DNA of 64,000 nucleotides from Phoronis australis. Lineage: Eukaryota > Animalia > Phoronida. The translations under genes were made by a program, and so were the position numbers. Below, in pieces: positions 38,413 through 51,628 of this stretch. The notes below the pieces were generated by a model. The model had not been told where the DNA came from, made no database searches, and worked only from the letters and a program-made list of their open reading frames with translations. Location: assembly GCA_002633005.1 (NCBI GenBank), contig NMRA01000090.1, forward strand, positions 128,156 through 192,155, written 5' to 3'. Numbering within the stretch: the first letter of the stretch is position 1; each line of letters opens with the position of its first letter.

Positions 38413-41400
38413 GGCTAAATCACAATCAAGGTCCATATTGGAGAATTGACTGTGTTACGGTCTAAAATAAAATTTTTTGGTCACTTACCATAAGCCAACT
38501 GAATCTCATATGCAAAGAGTTATTTAGTTGTGCAAATTAAAACAAGAATCATCAAAATTGGACAATGTTTGAGAAATTGATCCCTTCTTGTTGTTTTATT
38601 TACTTATTTATACTCTACATTTCGTGAAACAATAGTATCCTTGGGAGGATCTGGATCGCCTTATTTAGTTTCAGATTTATTTTCTACGTTTTTCATTTTT
38701 TTCTTTACGAGTGGCCATTTTAAAAATAACAATTTTCAAATGTCAACAGTAGAAAAGAATTTTATTTTATTAAGTAAGCAATTGATTTGATATGACTGGG
38801 AATAACTTGAGTCACTTTCAGAATCACTTAGATGAAGTTGTGCTTAATCATTGAGAAATGATAGGGTTCATCGTAAAACAGCCACTCGTTATGAAATTTG
38901 TAAAGTCTGTGTTTCTAACCCTCATCTAATGTAGAGAAGGTTAAAAACTGAAGTTCACACTCTGTAATAAAAAGAACTGCAGAATATGTTAGCCAAGGCA
39001 ACACAGCAAATTATTCAATATCTAAACAAGCCAAAAGTTTGGATATTGACTGGATTCTGCTATGTTGAAAATGGGCCAAAAAGGCTAACAAAATGTAGTG
39101 TACGTACCCCCATGTGGAATTCAGTAACACAAAATGGTCATTGCAAATGAAATTATTGCCTTTTAAATAACAACATGGTGCTTATTATCACCAAAGAAAA
39201 ATAAATGGCCATACAACATTCTGTTACCATGTAATGCAGAAATAGTGGTGTAGTGTACGTACTCCCTTTCGTAGTGTACCTAACCCCATGTTTACAAATG
39301 CCATCAAATTAAAAAATCACATGGTAAGTGAGCAACATTGGTCATAGACAGTTTCCTTCCCTAAAAAGGTTAGGTTAAAAGGGTGTTTATTGCAAATACA
39401 TTTGTTTTGAGTGAAATATTAGCATTTGTGTAGTGTACGTACCCTAAAAAATTTTAATTTGTGCCTATTTTCAAAGTATGGCAGATATGCACATGAATGC
39501 TGTGCTTTTTATTTTTTCTCTTTGCATTGATTTAGTAATTCAATTAACTCTCAGTAGATTCTTAGTATTTAGTTAGAAACCTGACATGTCATTGAAATGT
39601 AGTGTACGTACCCCTGTGTACTGTACGTACCCCGTACCCCGATGTGAACCAATACCATGAAACAAAAATATTACACAATAAGTATGCAACACTTGTCACA
39701 GGCAGTTTCCTGCTTTAAAAATGCTGTTAAAAGGGTGTTAATTACCGTTACACATGCATTTGTTTTGAGTGAAATATTAGCATTTGTGTAGTGTACTTAC
39801 CGTATTCGCCGTAATAACCGCCCAGGGCGCTTAGAAAAGTTCGGTTCTGGGGGACGCTTATTATAACCCAAGGCTGTTGAAACCCGGTAAAATCAGAAGC
39901 TAAGATTCATCAAATTTACGCTCTATGACATATCTGTAATCTATGAAAGACTTCCAACAAAACTGTGGTGCATTGCTATCAAACTTTGCTGCTAAATTAC
40001 GATCATTTTATGGAAAATTGTGCTGAAATCCCTAGGCGAAAACTCGCCGACTGACTGCCTCGAAATCGCCGTCTTTGATATGGCGACTTCAGTGCTTGAA
40101 TAGAATAGTTTCGACTCTAGCAAATTACCTGAAATCCTCATTAAGTTCATTAAGTTTTCTAAGTAGCGTCCCTAAGATTTTTTTTAAGTTCCCGTGGAGT
40201 CTGGATTAATGGCAGGTTTAAGTAAAAATCTGTGCAACATCGTGCCATCTACATGTATGATCGGCAACACGGCGAGAAAAATGTCTGGATGAACACGCAT
40301 GTTGTTGTCACGTGACGTTTGTTTTGAAGTTCGTCGCGAGTAAGCGAGCGCGTGCGTGTCACCAGAGTTCATTTGCCAAAGCAGAGACCGTCTTTTGGCC
40401 AGAGCCACGCAGTCTAACGAGATAGGTGTGCATTGTGTCTAAAGAAATTTGCACAAGCAGTAGGCCTAAACCAGAGCGTGTCATTCAGCACTTGCCGGTC
40501 TCGTGCTAAAAATGTTCGACATTTGTTTCGGTAAGGCCCATATTAGTCGCCATGTAGCTGGATGCGTACGTAACTATCTGACAGATATTTTTCGGTGTAA
40601 GGGTGTGTAAGCATTCACTGTCAGTTGTCATTTTATCGGATATTCGGCTTAAAAACACCAATTATGGTTAATCAAACAATCCATCTAAAAAATAACGCAA
40701 ACATGTTTTATAGTTTTAGAAATTGTCGGAAATTAGTGCCAATATTCATTTCTTACCGATGCTATGCTACCCGTTTCATGAATTGATAGTTCCCGACTAA
40801 TGTCTTTGATGACAGGTTCATATATGTAGCACGCGCTTCCTGGCCACGTGCGTTTAACACCGAGTTATTTTTATTCATGAGACAGTCGGTGTGTCTACTG
40901 AAAGGTCAGACCATAGTGGGACACAGTCGTCGCAAGAGTAGCAATGCTGTTGCATTCTTTTTGAAGCGCTGCGTTACTTTGAAGTGTATAGTCACGGCTA
41001 AATACAAACGTAGCAGTGCCGCTGGTGGTCTAGAAGACCCGTGCAAAACTTTTTTTGATAAACTGAAGATGTTACTGTAGCCGAGTTTTAGGACTGTAGG
41101 TATGTCATTGTTCGCATGTACGCGTTCATGGACTGGGTGCTTATTTCAGCAAAGTCTGAAAACGCGTGGGGGGCGCTTATAGGGCATGGGCGGTTATTAC
41201 GGCGAATATGCGCCTGTTTTCAAAGAATGACAGACAGATATACACATTTATGCTGTACTTTTTATTTTTTTCTTTGATTTAGTGAATCATCTACTGTAAC
41301 TCTCAGTAGATTCTAAGTAATTTTTATAACCCAGCTTTCACACTTATATGACAACCTTCATTTTTCACCTACGAATATGGACCTTGATTGTGATTTGCCC
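38413..41400. mobile_element. ~3-kb TIR-bounded element with internal GTAGTGTACGTACCCC repeats
   Basis: Perfect 23-bp inverted repeat AAATCACAATCAAGGTCCATATT (38417-38439 / 41374-41396); seven copies of the internal motif at 39096-39799; no TSD seen. Confidence 0.6.
39800..41210. mobile_element. CCGTA-ended MITE (Tc1/mariner-pogo type), nested
   Basis: TA|CCGTATTCGCCGTAATAACCGCCCA ... TGGGCGGTTATTACGGCGAATATG; right tip eroded; interrupts a ~360-bp tandem unit. Confidence 0.85.
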
Positions 41401-42169
41401 AAGTATTAGTTTGTCATTTAACAAATGTACTTTTCATCGATCAGGTGAGTCAAAAGGCGTTGATTTGCTCTTTATCTGAGCACTGGGCACTTAATGCAAA
41501 ATCTTTAAATTTAGTCTGGGATAGGCACTTATCCGTGAAGTGGCCACTTACTCGTAAGCCTTCAAAAGTTGTGAATGGCTGCTTAGCTGAGCTATGACCG
41601 CTTGTATCGAAAATTCACCCAAAGTGGTAGATTGGCATTTATTTGAGCTTGGGCATTAACCCAATTGTTTATGGTATATGCACAATCTTCATTCATAAAA
41701 GTAATTGTGAATCATTGTTATCTTGCTAGTGTTATCTCAAATGCATTTAACTAGAGCATTGAGCATTTCAGCAAAACTCCTTTTAAGCACCTAATAACCT
41801 TGACTTTTCAAACCTACTTGAGGTTATGTAGGACCCTATTAACTTGGGAAAAGGATATGTTTTATGAAAGCAGAAAGCCTGTAGAATTTATTTTTTGACT
41901 TCAAAACCAATATGTCATTGGTGGAGTCTTTTAGTAAAATTAGCAAAAAAGGCACAATCATAGTAAGACAATTGTATCAATAGCATGATTAAATTTTGTG
42001 TATTTCACACAGTGTTGCTTACTCACACCTGTTTTATAGTTGAGTTGTTCAAACCGAGCCACTTTTCTTTGATTTTCTTCTCATGTCAAAGTGACACCTT
42101 TGATGGATTTTCATCTGATGTACACACTGTAAATTTGACTCAATATCTCTCCATTGATGGGTAGTCTAA

Positions 42170-43260
42170 TTTTTACCACATATAAATATGTGGGCGCATT
42201 ATGCCGTCATCTCCGTCCGTCCGGCCAGCCAGATGTCCGTCCGGCGTCCGCTGCTCTATCTCCAAAATGCCTTAACGTATGTTCATGAAATTGTGCACAG
42301 GTGTTCCTTCCATGGATGGGATGGCATGAGCGAACTTTCGTACGGATCGGACTACCGGTGTTCTCCCCAGTGGCAATTTTAGTTTTTTACGTTAACTTTA
42401 CCGATGTATCTTTAAAAGTCCTGAAGGGATTTTTATAAAATTTGGTATATAGGCACCTATTAGTGAGATGACGCTATCCTCCCATTTTCGGATGGATTCC
42501 ACATAGTTTGCACCACCTAGTGGCCATTTTTACTGTTTTCGAGTTTTTTTTGCGTGCACCCCTCTATCACGCAAACCGCTCAAAGGATGATTGTGAAAAT
42601 TGGCACATATATTTTTACTGTTAAGTGGACAGCTGACGATGATTTTCCTTCAAGTTCGACTACTGTGGCGCCTCCTAGTGGTAGTTCTGTTTTTTTTTTT
42701 GCAATCACGGCTGTATCTATTAAACCGTTTGCAGGATCTTTACTTAATTTAGCAAGTGTATTTATATGATGTTGACAATAGATGACGACGACTTTCGGAT
42801 GGATCTGACTACTGGTGTGCTCCGTTAAGTGGCAGCTTTAGTTTTTCACGTTTACCAGTCTGTATCTTCAAAGGTCTTCAACAGAGTTTCATAAAATTTT
42901 TAATATAGGCATCTATTGGTGAGGTGACGCTATCATCCTGTTTTTGGATGGAATCAAGTTATTTTGCGCCACCTGGTGGCCATTTTTGCTGTTTTCTAAT
43001 GTTGTTTTTGGCTTCAACCCCTCGATCAACAAAACCTTAAGAGATGGTTTTGAAAATTGGCATATATGTTTTCAGTGTGAAGAGGACGTTTGATGATGGT
43101 GACTGACTACTGTGGCGCCTCCTATTGTTAGTTTTGTTTTGTTTTGTGCCCTTAGCTGTATCTCCAAAACCCACTTCAGGATCTTTATTAAATTTAGGAA
43201 GTGAACATATATGAAGATAACAGATGACAACTTTCAGGCGGATGGAACGGACGCTGTGTC
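42170..43260 (+). mobile_element. HINE family A copy (5' end, GTCC microsatellite, A-B-C-A-B-C monomers); a matching 3' end resumes at 45578-45773
   Basis: cacatataaatatGTGGGCGCATtatgccgtcatctccgtccgtcc 5' end; ~455-bp periodicity; 3' GTGGGCGCAT at ~45738. Confidence 0.78.
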
Positions 43261-43289
43261 CACAAATCGCATTATTCATTACTTTGTGA

Positions 43290-44960
43290 AATTAAAATTC
43301 CGCCGAGTATCTTGGTCTGACAGCAAGTTTTTTTGTTTTTTTTTTGTTTGTTCGCTCTCTACAGGTTGCAATTTTCGTCCGATTCTCACAAAATTTGCAC
43401 ACATGTAGATCGGAAAGTCCTGGAAGCCTATTGTTTTTGGTCATGATCAGATTCAAGATGGCGGACGTGGCGGCCATTTTGTTTCTGATTTCACATTCAA
43501 ATGCTCATAGAGGCCGCATTTTTTGACGTACAGAGCTGAAACTTGGTACGATTATTATAGAACACGTGCTACACGTTTGTCAAAAAACATTCACTTCCAT
43601 TTAAAGATGGCAGAAATATTGACGATGGCGCATGCGCACCTCGATATCTGGCCAAAAACGTTTTCTCCTGTAAAGGGCGCATTGGCGAACCAATCACTTT
43701 CAAACTGGTCACGTGTATGTTGCTATTGATCAGCTTTTACAAAATTTTGTTTAACCAGAAGTCACTTTCAAGATGGCGGCTCTGGCACACTTTCACCCAT
43801 TTTCAATCGTTCTGCTGTCGCCTTTTTAATGGGAAGAGCAAATGACATGAATTTTTGCATGTGGATTCCTTGAAGTATGCTCTTTCAAAAGTTTTGTGAT
43901 AACGGTTTTCTCAGACTTACTGTTTTCGACTTATTTGACTTTGAATTTCAAAAAAAACGCAAAATTTCAATTTTTTCGAAAAATTTATGGAATGTTGTGA
44001 AATTATCAATTTAGATAGGATTTTGGATGGGCTTTCAGAAGATATTTCCATTTTTCACTACCACGTATACTTTTTGAATTATTCGAGATTTTCTGCTGGC
44101 GTTGTTCCTTTGTTGACAGCTCTTGCTGCACTGATGTTGGTTTAGCTTCTATTGAACAAGACCATGAAGACATTGCTCATAGAGGCCGCACCTTTCGACG
44201 TGCAGGGCTGAACATTGGTACGATTATTATAGCAAACAAGCACTACAACTGCGCATTAAATCTTTAACTTCCGGTCAAAGATGGCGGAAATATCGGCAAT
44301 GGCGCATGCGCACCTCGATAACTGGGCGAAAACGTTTTTTCCTGTAAAGGGCGCATTGGCGAACCAATCACTTTCAAACTGGTCACGTGTATGTTGCTAT
44401 TGATCAGCTTTTACAAAATTTTGTTTAACCAGAAGTCACTTTCAAGATGGCGGCTCTGGTGCACTTTCACCCATTTTCAATCGTTCTGCTGTCGCCTTTT
44501 TAATGGGAAGAGCAAATGACATGAACTTTTGCATGTGGATTCCTTGAAGTATGCTCTTTCAAATGTTTTGTGATAACGGTTTTCTCAGACTTACCGTTTT
44601 CAAGTTATTTGAAAAAGAACTCAAAATTTCAATTTTTTCGAAAAAATTATGGAATGTTGCGAAACTATCAATTTAGATAGAGTTTGGAACGGGCTTTGAG
44701 ATAAAGTTTTTTATTTTTCGCTAGGACTTCTACTTTTTGAATTATTTGAGATTGTCTAATAGCGTTGTTCCTTTGTTGAGCACTCTTCCTGCATTGATGT
44801 TGGTTTAGTTTATTTGAACAAGACTGTAGCTTATTTCTTACTAATTTATGACATCTAAGTTCGTCGTATGAATGTTATGATGTTGTTCATCATTGCCACT
44901 TTCATCATCACAATCATCGTCGTCGTTAATTTTGCCTATTGTCGCTCAAGACTGTAGGTA
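43290..44960 (+). mobile_element. Repeat family B with an internal ~674-bp tandem duplication
   Basis: Units at ~43504-44160 and ~44176-44822, near-identical in their central ~300 bp. Confidence 0.85.
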
Positions 44961-47502
44961 GCACTGAACAGTCAGGACGCAGCCACGGAGCATTTTCTAG
45001 TCCCTAGAATTTATGTTAAGGGCGTGTGTCAGGTTTGGGGGTGGTTTGAGGAAATTGTTAACAACAATTGCCAGGAAACTTATTTACTTGTGTTTTTGAA
45101 TGATAAAAGCCAAGTTTGACCTACTATTGATGCAAACTGGTGGCTGTCATTTGCTATCAACCCCAGTCGTCTGCTGTCTGAAAAACCGGGTGCGATTTCA
45201 GGTGGCTGTCAGACAGAACAAATTTGCCAAAAATTAGCTTGTAAGAGGTTTACTAAGACTACATAGTTAGAATCTAGTGAGGATGAGCATTCTGAATCTG
45301 TAGTCAGACTTTTTCTAGCACTTGCAGGAAAGTGGTTATGTCGGGGAGAATATTGTCAAATATGGTGTTTTTTTGCAAATAGTTTTGTGTGCCGGGATTT
45401 TCTTGCCATGTGTATTAACCGATCAGAAATCTGTACAGTTCGATAGAGTTTTAAACGGGCTTTCATAAGATATTTTTCATTTCTCGCTAGTCGTCATGAT
45501 CGTCGTCGTCATCGTCCTCCCCATCGTCCTGTTTTCGCGTAATTTTGCCAAGTGTCGCTCCTCCGAGTGCTCTCATTTTGTTCTGTTTTCCTTTGTTTCT
45601 CTGAAGTTCCCTGACAGATTTTTATGAAATATGGCATGTTCCTGTTTTTGGATAGATTGTACGTCTTTGCGCCATCGTGTGGCCATTTTTGTGATACAAA
45701 TGAATAACCCTAAAATCACACCATTTGTGATGCATTCGTGGGCGCATTTCAGCGCTCTGCTTTGCCCTTGTTACAGATGCTGATACTGTATTATCAAAGC
45801 AAAAAGCATTTGCATTAGTAACCTTGATTTGCAATAACATTTGAATTTAATTTTTTGTGAAATCTTATATGCAGTCTTGTCATTTGGCAGTAGAACTGAT
45901 ATGTGCACAAGCAAGATTCAGTTTGCAAGAATATGTGTACGTAAGGGTCGTCATCTTAAAGCTTAAGATAAATTTCATCAGAAAGATAATCATTAAATGT
46001 TAAAAATCATTTGCTTTCTTATGCATGCAGTAATATTAAGAGTGTCCTAATGAACATGTCTAAAATAATGCGATTAAGATTTATGTGCCATCTAGATTAT
46101 TGATCGCGGTGTTATGAAGTCATCTCATTGATTGTCTGCTCTCTCTCTCTGACTCCCTCTCTCACTGGGTCATTCCTTGTTGCGTTTGAGGAAAACAACA
46201 GAATTTTGTCATCAGGTTTGTCATCAGCGTTTCAATGGTTAGGTTCATCTACTGCACCCAGTGTGACCGGTGTGTAGCGAATGTGTAGTATTAGACTTTC
46301 ACATAGGTGCTGGTTTTTCTATGGGGATATTGTTTTAGGTCAGGTTGAGAAACACTGGCAGATCTAGAATACGGTTCGGGGCACCCAAGTACATTTGTTC
46401 AAAAAATTTTGCATTTGTCTTAAAAATGACAGACCAACAGCATTTTTGGATGTGTAGGTACATGGGCCAATGTCAAGTTCTTATTTTGTCTTCATCACAT
46501 TAACAAGCTAAACTTGAAGCAGATAGTGACTCCATCAGTATGACATGCTGTAATTCATGTAGTTGAACTGATAAATTATGTATAATATGCTTTTAAAGCA
46601 CACATATATAGGTGGCGTTTGATATGGATTTGCCCCAATTTCGCCAAACTATGTGGAAATGCACAAATTATCGACGATTTGTAAGATAGTGTTTCCAAAA
46701 AAGTTTGGGTGAAACAAAGAAGCATCCAAAACAAGTTGCAATTAGTAATAACTTATATTTCATATGAAAGCTCTTTAGCTTTAGTTCAATTGTAAACATT
46801 GACTAACAACAAATTTATTGTAGTAACATAAGAAATTTAAGGAGACATGATACGAAATCCGATCAATTGAGAAACTACAAGAAAAATTATTGATTTTCAG
46901 TAAGTAATGCATAACGTTTTTGTTATGAACACTGACAAAGACAACTAATACAGGAAGTACATGGTGCAATTCAGTAAATATTAGAGGTAATGGAGATAAT
47001 AGTGTGATTTATTTTGATACACATATACTGACTGAATGACCAGTTTGTTGAAGCCAACTGTCATTCAGTCAGTACATATATGTCATATATGATACGAAAC
47101 TGACATTTCTTCTTCTAGTGAAACTTAAAAAGATGTTCAGGCAACGTAAAGTATCTAATGGATAAATTCTTGTGTGAAGATATCTGTGGGTGGTATTTCT
47201 TAACTGTAAAGTTTTCCTGTAATATCAAACTTATATAGATTTTACTTACATGATTAAATTTTTCTGTTCAGGCAAATCATAGAACTCAAGCCCTGCAATG
47301 CCAACTTTGAACTCGGACCACTGAGGATGCATCACGAATAGGTGGAATTTGTTTGCATTCTTTGTTTCCTCCTTGTTTCTTGCTATGAAATTTACTGTCA
47401 CTAAAACCTTTCAAAACTTGGCCATTTTTCAACCGAATAGCATGAGTCATATCATTAAAAAGCAACTTATTAGTTCTTGATAGCATATGATTTTTCCAGA
47501 AT

Positions 47503-50500
47503 CAAAATGTAAATAATTTTATTGATAAATAATTATCATTTCGCATACCTGACGGGTCTAAAAATATTCTTTAAATCAAAAAACAAGATTGTTACCAAAA
47601 TTTGAATAATATCAGTATGTAATAGTAACATAACAATGAAATGAACCAGAGAGGTTATATTAATGACTAGTTAAACCAGCAAAGAAATAATTTCTATGAT
47701 TGAAACGATTTCTACCCTATGAACACAAAGATTTTAGAATATGGATCTCACACAGTTGCTGTGAAGAATTTAGTCGGGCATTCTTCCAAAATTATTCGTC
47801 TTTATATAATTGGATTTTCCGTGCCATTTGATACAATCACATTCTTCAGTAAAAGTCCAGGATGCAGTGACAGTTACAAATGTATGATTAACTATTTACT
47901 AGCTTTTCGAACATTGCAGATTATGTGCAAACATCAGGGGCGGATCCAGGATTTTGAGTTAGGGGGGGGGGGCCAGGGCACGGGAATAACCAGAATTTCG
48001 GCAGATGTGCGCGCCCAGCCTAAAATGTGGGGACACAGAGGCCTCGAATGTTTAAGGTTGCGGACCTGTTGCCTAAAAACAAGTTAACGGGGATTGTTCA
48101 GTTTGTTCAGGGACTATGCATTGTTTATTCACCCCCGACGAGCCCCTGCTTGCGTGCACCCGAACTCCCAAATTGTATCTGGTAGAATTTTAGGGGGGAC
48201 CCCTAAATCCGCCACTGAACATGTATTGGGAAAGCTTTGAAATGTACTACGGATAGCTCATTAGATTGGTTACAGTGTAGGATTTTCATACTTTTGAAGA
48301 AGTGGCGTTTTGTGCGAAATCCATGTGCAGAAGCATTTCATTTTGTGGTAGATCGGCCTTGAGTTCTCGGATAGCCTTCTATTGAATTTCAACTATGGAA
48401 ACATGTTGCAAAGATTCTTTGTACTGATATTGCATATGGATTTTAAATTCGTCTTGTACCACGCTTGTATTCACTATATCTTCATTTTCTTTTTTCTGTC
48501 TACTTCTACTCATTTCCATTCTTCAAATTTCACTTTTACGTTGTCCTGCAACTGAGTGTCACCTATTATTTCCCTCATTTCAACTTCAGGTACTTTGATG
48601 GTCACTGTTTCAGGATTTAGTGAAATTTCAATCCCAAGAGATGCAGACACTAGTTTCATAGTGAAATTCTATTGTTTGCTGCAGAGACAACTATTTCTAG
48701 TTATTAGTGTAGTCATTAGAATGTGTTTGGGACAAAGGCGGCAAAAGACAACTTTGGAAACTTTTATGTCTGGGTTTTCGAAATTAAATTTTCATGTAGG
48801 TTTGCCAAGTAATCAGTTAGTGCACGAGTTTGTTGTTTTTCACTTTTGGTCCCGATTTCTGTTGCAGTCATTCCTCCCAATCATATTTAGGCTGTTATTA
48901 TCTCTTTCTATGAAGCTGACTGTGTTTCTCATCACAGGGCAGTGCAGCACTGAAAATAGTGGGGACTGTAGTCCCGCGAGCCCCCCCTGTGGTGCACCAC
49001 CCATAGACCATGGGTGGCGCAGCACTGAAAAAAGCCCCCTAAGATGCGCCGCCGGTGTTTCTTCATCAGGTCTCTTTCAGCAAATTTTCTCTTTCTGGAC
49101 AATCCAATGGTTGTTTTTTATTCTAGCGCTTTTCAATACACTGGGGCTATGCCAGTTTCCTAATGCTCATCATTTCAACACATTTGTATTTTCTGATAAC
49201 GGCCGCTGACGACATTTGCAATCACTCTCCTTTTCTTTTGCATTGTGTTTTTCTCTTTTGACAATTTGATCTCAGCAATCCTAGCATTTGCCATAACCAG
49301 CTTTTCCTTTATGCCTTTAGGAACGTTTCTGGGTGTAAGCCCGAGCTTGTGTATAATCTACATTTGACTTTGATTTTGTTATGCCTTTTGCCTGTTCAAT
49401 TATACTTTGTTTGGCTGACTGCTGGTTTGCTTTTGTAATTCTTTCATTTCTGTTTTGAAGTTTTTTGTTCTTTCTAGTGAGTTTGATTAATTTTTTTCCA
49501 GTGTACCTATTTTTCTCTCATCTGTACTTAGTGGTTTTGACCTTTTCTGTGATCTTTTTCTTGGTTCAAAGCTTAAATCATTGATTGGCACCCAGACCCT
49601 GTTCTTGTTTAACTGTCGGGATTTTTCCCTCATGGTCTTCTTTTTGCATTTTACAACTGTTGTCATTATTTTCTTGTTCATTTTGTTTCAGTTGTTGTGT
49701 ACAACTCTTAATGTTTTCCCTACTTTGTCTTTTCCAAATTCTATTTTTCTGTCTTAATTCACGTGTTGCTTCACTTAGAGCAGTAATTGGAAGTTCGTAC
49801 TGTTTGTTTCGTTGCCTTTCCTTTTTTAGAAAATCTTTGTCATTCATTTGCTTTCTTTCTCTGTACTCTTTTTGGTTCTGGGCCTTTGTTTTGCCTATCT
49901 GCAAATATGTCAGGTACGTGAAGGAGTCATGTCTGTTAACAGATGTTTATATATTTGTCACATATTTTTTGTGTCAATTGTTGAAAATATTAGTGTTAAA
50001 TAAAATAGCTAACAATTCCTCTTTGTATGGGAATTGGGGATAGTTAGGCCTGTAAAAGATCTTAAACCCAGCTGCAGAGCGTCTAAAGACGCATCGTACC
50101 AGTGACTGCTGGCAACTCATGGGAGACACAACTTTAACATCCTTCCCCGCAGAGATAATAAATCTTGGGTTGTCTCCGGTGAGTCCATTCATTCTTGAAT
50201 GATGTTTAGGTAAAAAAGTTTTGTAAACCCAAATGCTATTCTTACCTTGATTAAGTTCGATTTATTCTTAGCGTGAGACATTTAAGCAGTTAAGGCTTCA
50301 CGTGGTGCTGTGATCAGTTTGAGTTATGTGCTTCCTACACATGTAAACAATAGTGTGAATGGACGTGCACCTATTTTCAGCAAAATGACCTGAGTGTAAG
50401 CATTTATAATGCATGTGACACTTTGAATTGAATTGTTCATGTCCCTGACTTTAACTTACTTAACGATCACTTCTTATTTTTTATTTCTCAATCAACTGTT

Positions 50501-51628
50501 GTATGGTAAATATTTAGTTTAGTGGCTATAGTTTAACCCAAAGTGATACTCCTACAATGAATAACAAAACTAAAACATGATACCAACAGTACAAGTGAAC
50601 CATCCGTTTGACGAGTTAAACGTACTTGACAATTTTCATGGTAACAGAGAATTTCTTCTCATCGTTAATTTTTTAACTTCCTCAAGGTCACATTTCACTT
50701 GAACTGTTGTTGAGTTACATTATTCTAGAGGTCCTTTTTTTAATTTCGTAACTATCAAGCATGTTAACCATATATTAATAAAGCATAAAAATATTTCCAG
50801 GTGATCAGTGCATTGTATGGGCCCACATGCGAGGCCTGCGCACCTCTGGTACAACGTGTATCACACCGCCTGCAATTATTTTTTTAAGCATGTTAATGAT
50901 TTGTTTGAGTGCATGAAAATTTGTTAATGTGCCTGACTTCTTTTTTGCAACAACAGAAAATCTGTGATGAAATATATAGTAAAGGCTGATTTTAAATAGT
51001 GAAAACAAAATCTTTTGCAATGCTAGTGTGAGTAAGCATTCAGTAAAGATGTGCCGTCGTGATATTGTGTTCGCTTGTTTAACAACTCATGCCGCAGCCT
51101 AGTTCCATCATGTTGTGCTATTCTCTTCAACAAATGGACCGGTTTAAGGTAAGTCGATGGGATAAAAAGCTTTATGAATTGCTTCGGTATACTACATTCT
51201 TTATTTACGCCAACGTAAGTGTAAGTCCCGTAATCATCAGCACGTAAAAGGAATTCAGTTGCAACATAAAATTTACCAAAGGGACCAGTTATGTGAGAAT
51301 GAGTGAGTAATATATAGATTTGTTATTATGGATGAATGTCTAACTAAAATATCCACAGTAAATGTGAGGGATCCATCATGTTCTAAAGTCTTTGCATGTC
51401 TATATAGGGTAGAAACTTTTTGAATCATTGAAATTATTTCCCTAATAGCTTAACTAGTCATTTGTATATTACCTCTCTGGTTCATTTCCTTTTTGTGTTG
51501 CTATTATATGCTGTTATTTTTCGCATTTTGGTAACACTCTTGGTTTTAAGAATACCAGTAAATGTTTTTTTAAACCAGTCAAGTACACAAAATGATATTT
51601 ACTGACGAATTTAATTATTTACCTTTTG
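47503..51628 (-). mobile_element. Decayed DNA transposon (Sola2-like) with ~250-bp inverted repeats and a transposase pseudogene at ~49900->48250
   Basis: Minus-strand fragments GKTKAQNQKEYRERK, LGLTPRNVPKGIKEKLVMAN, FIERDNNSLNMIG, QTRALTDYLANLHE, FCRLCPKHIL..RNSCLCSK and ELKADLPQNEMLLHMDFAQN. 47503-47752 is a diverged reverse complement of 51363-51628. The superfamily call rests on the remembered DFxENY motif. Confidence 0.72.
47935..48217. mobile_element. MITE with CAG...CTG ends and 5-bp TSD
   Basis: AACAT|CAGGGGCGGATCCAGG ... CCTAAATCCGCCACTG|AACAT. Confidence 0.8.

Noticed and set aside
39096-39799. CRISPR-like array of GTAGTGTACGTACCCC repeats
   Set aside because: Spacing is irregular (about 20-180 bp), the intervening sequences are themselves repeated, there are no cas genes and the context is eukaryotic
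48556-49209. 217-aa plus-strand ORF, the longest in the track (also 49585-50043)
   Set aside because: Antisense to the decayed transposase, spans a MITE insertion and has no recognisable motif
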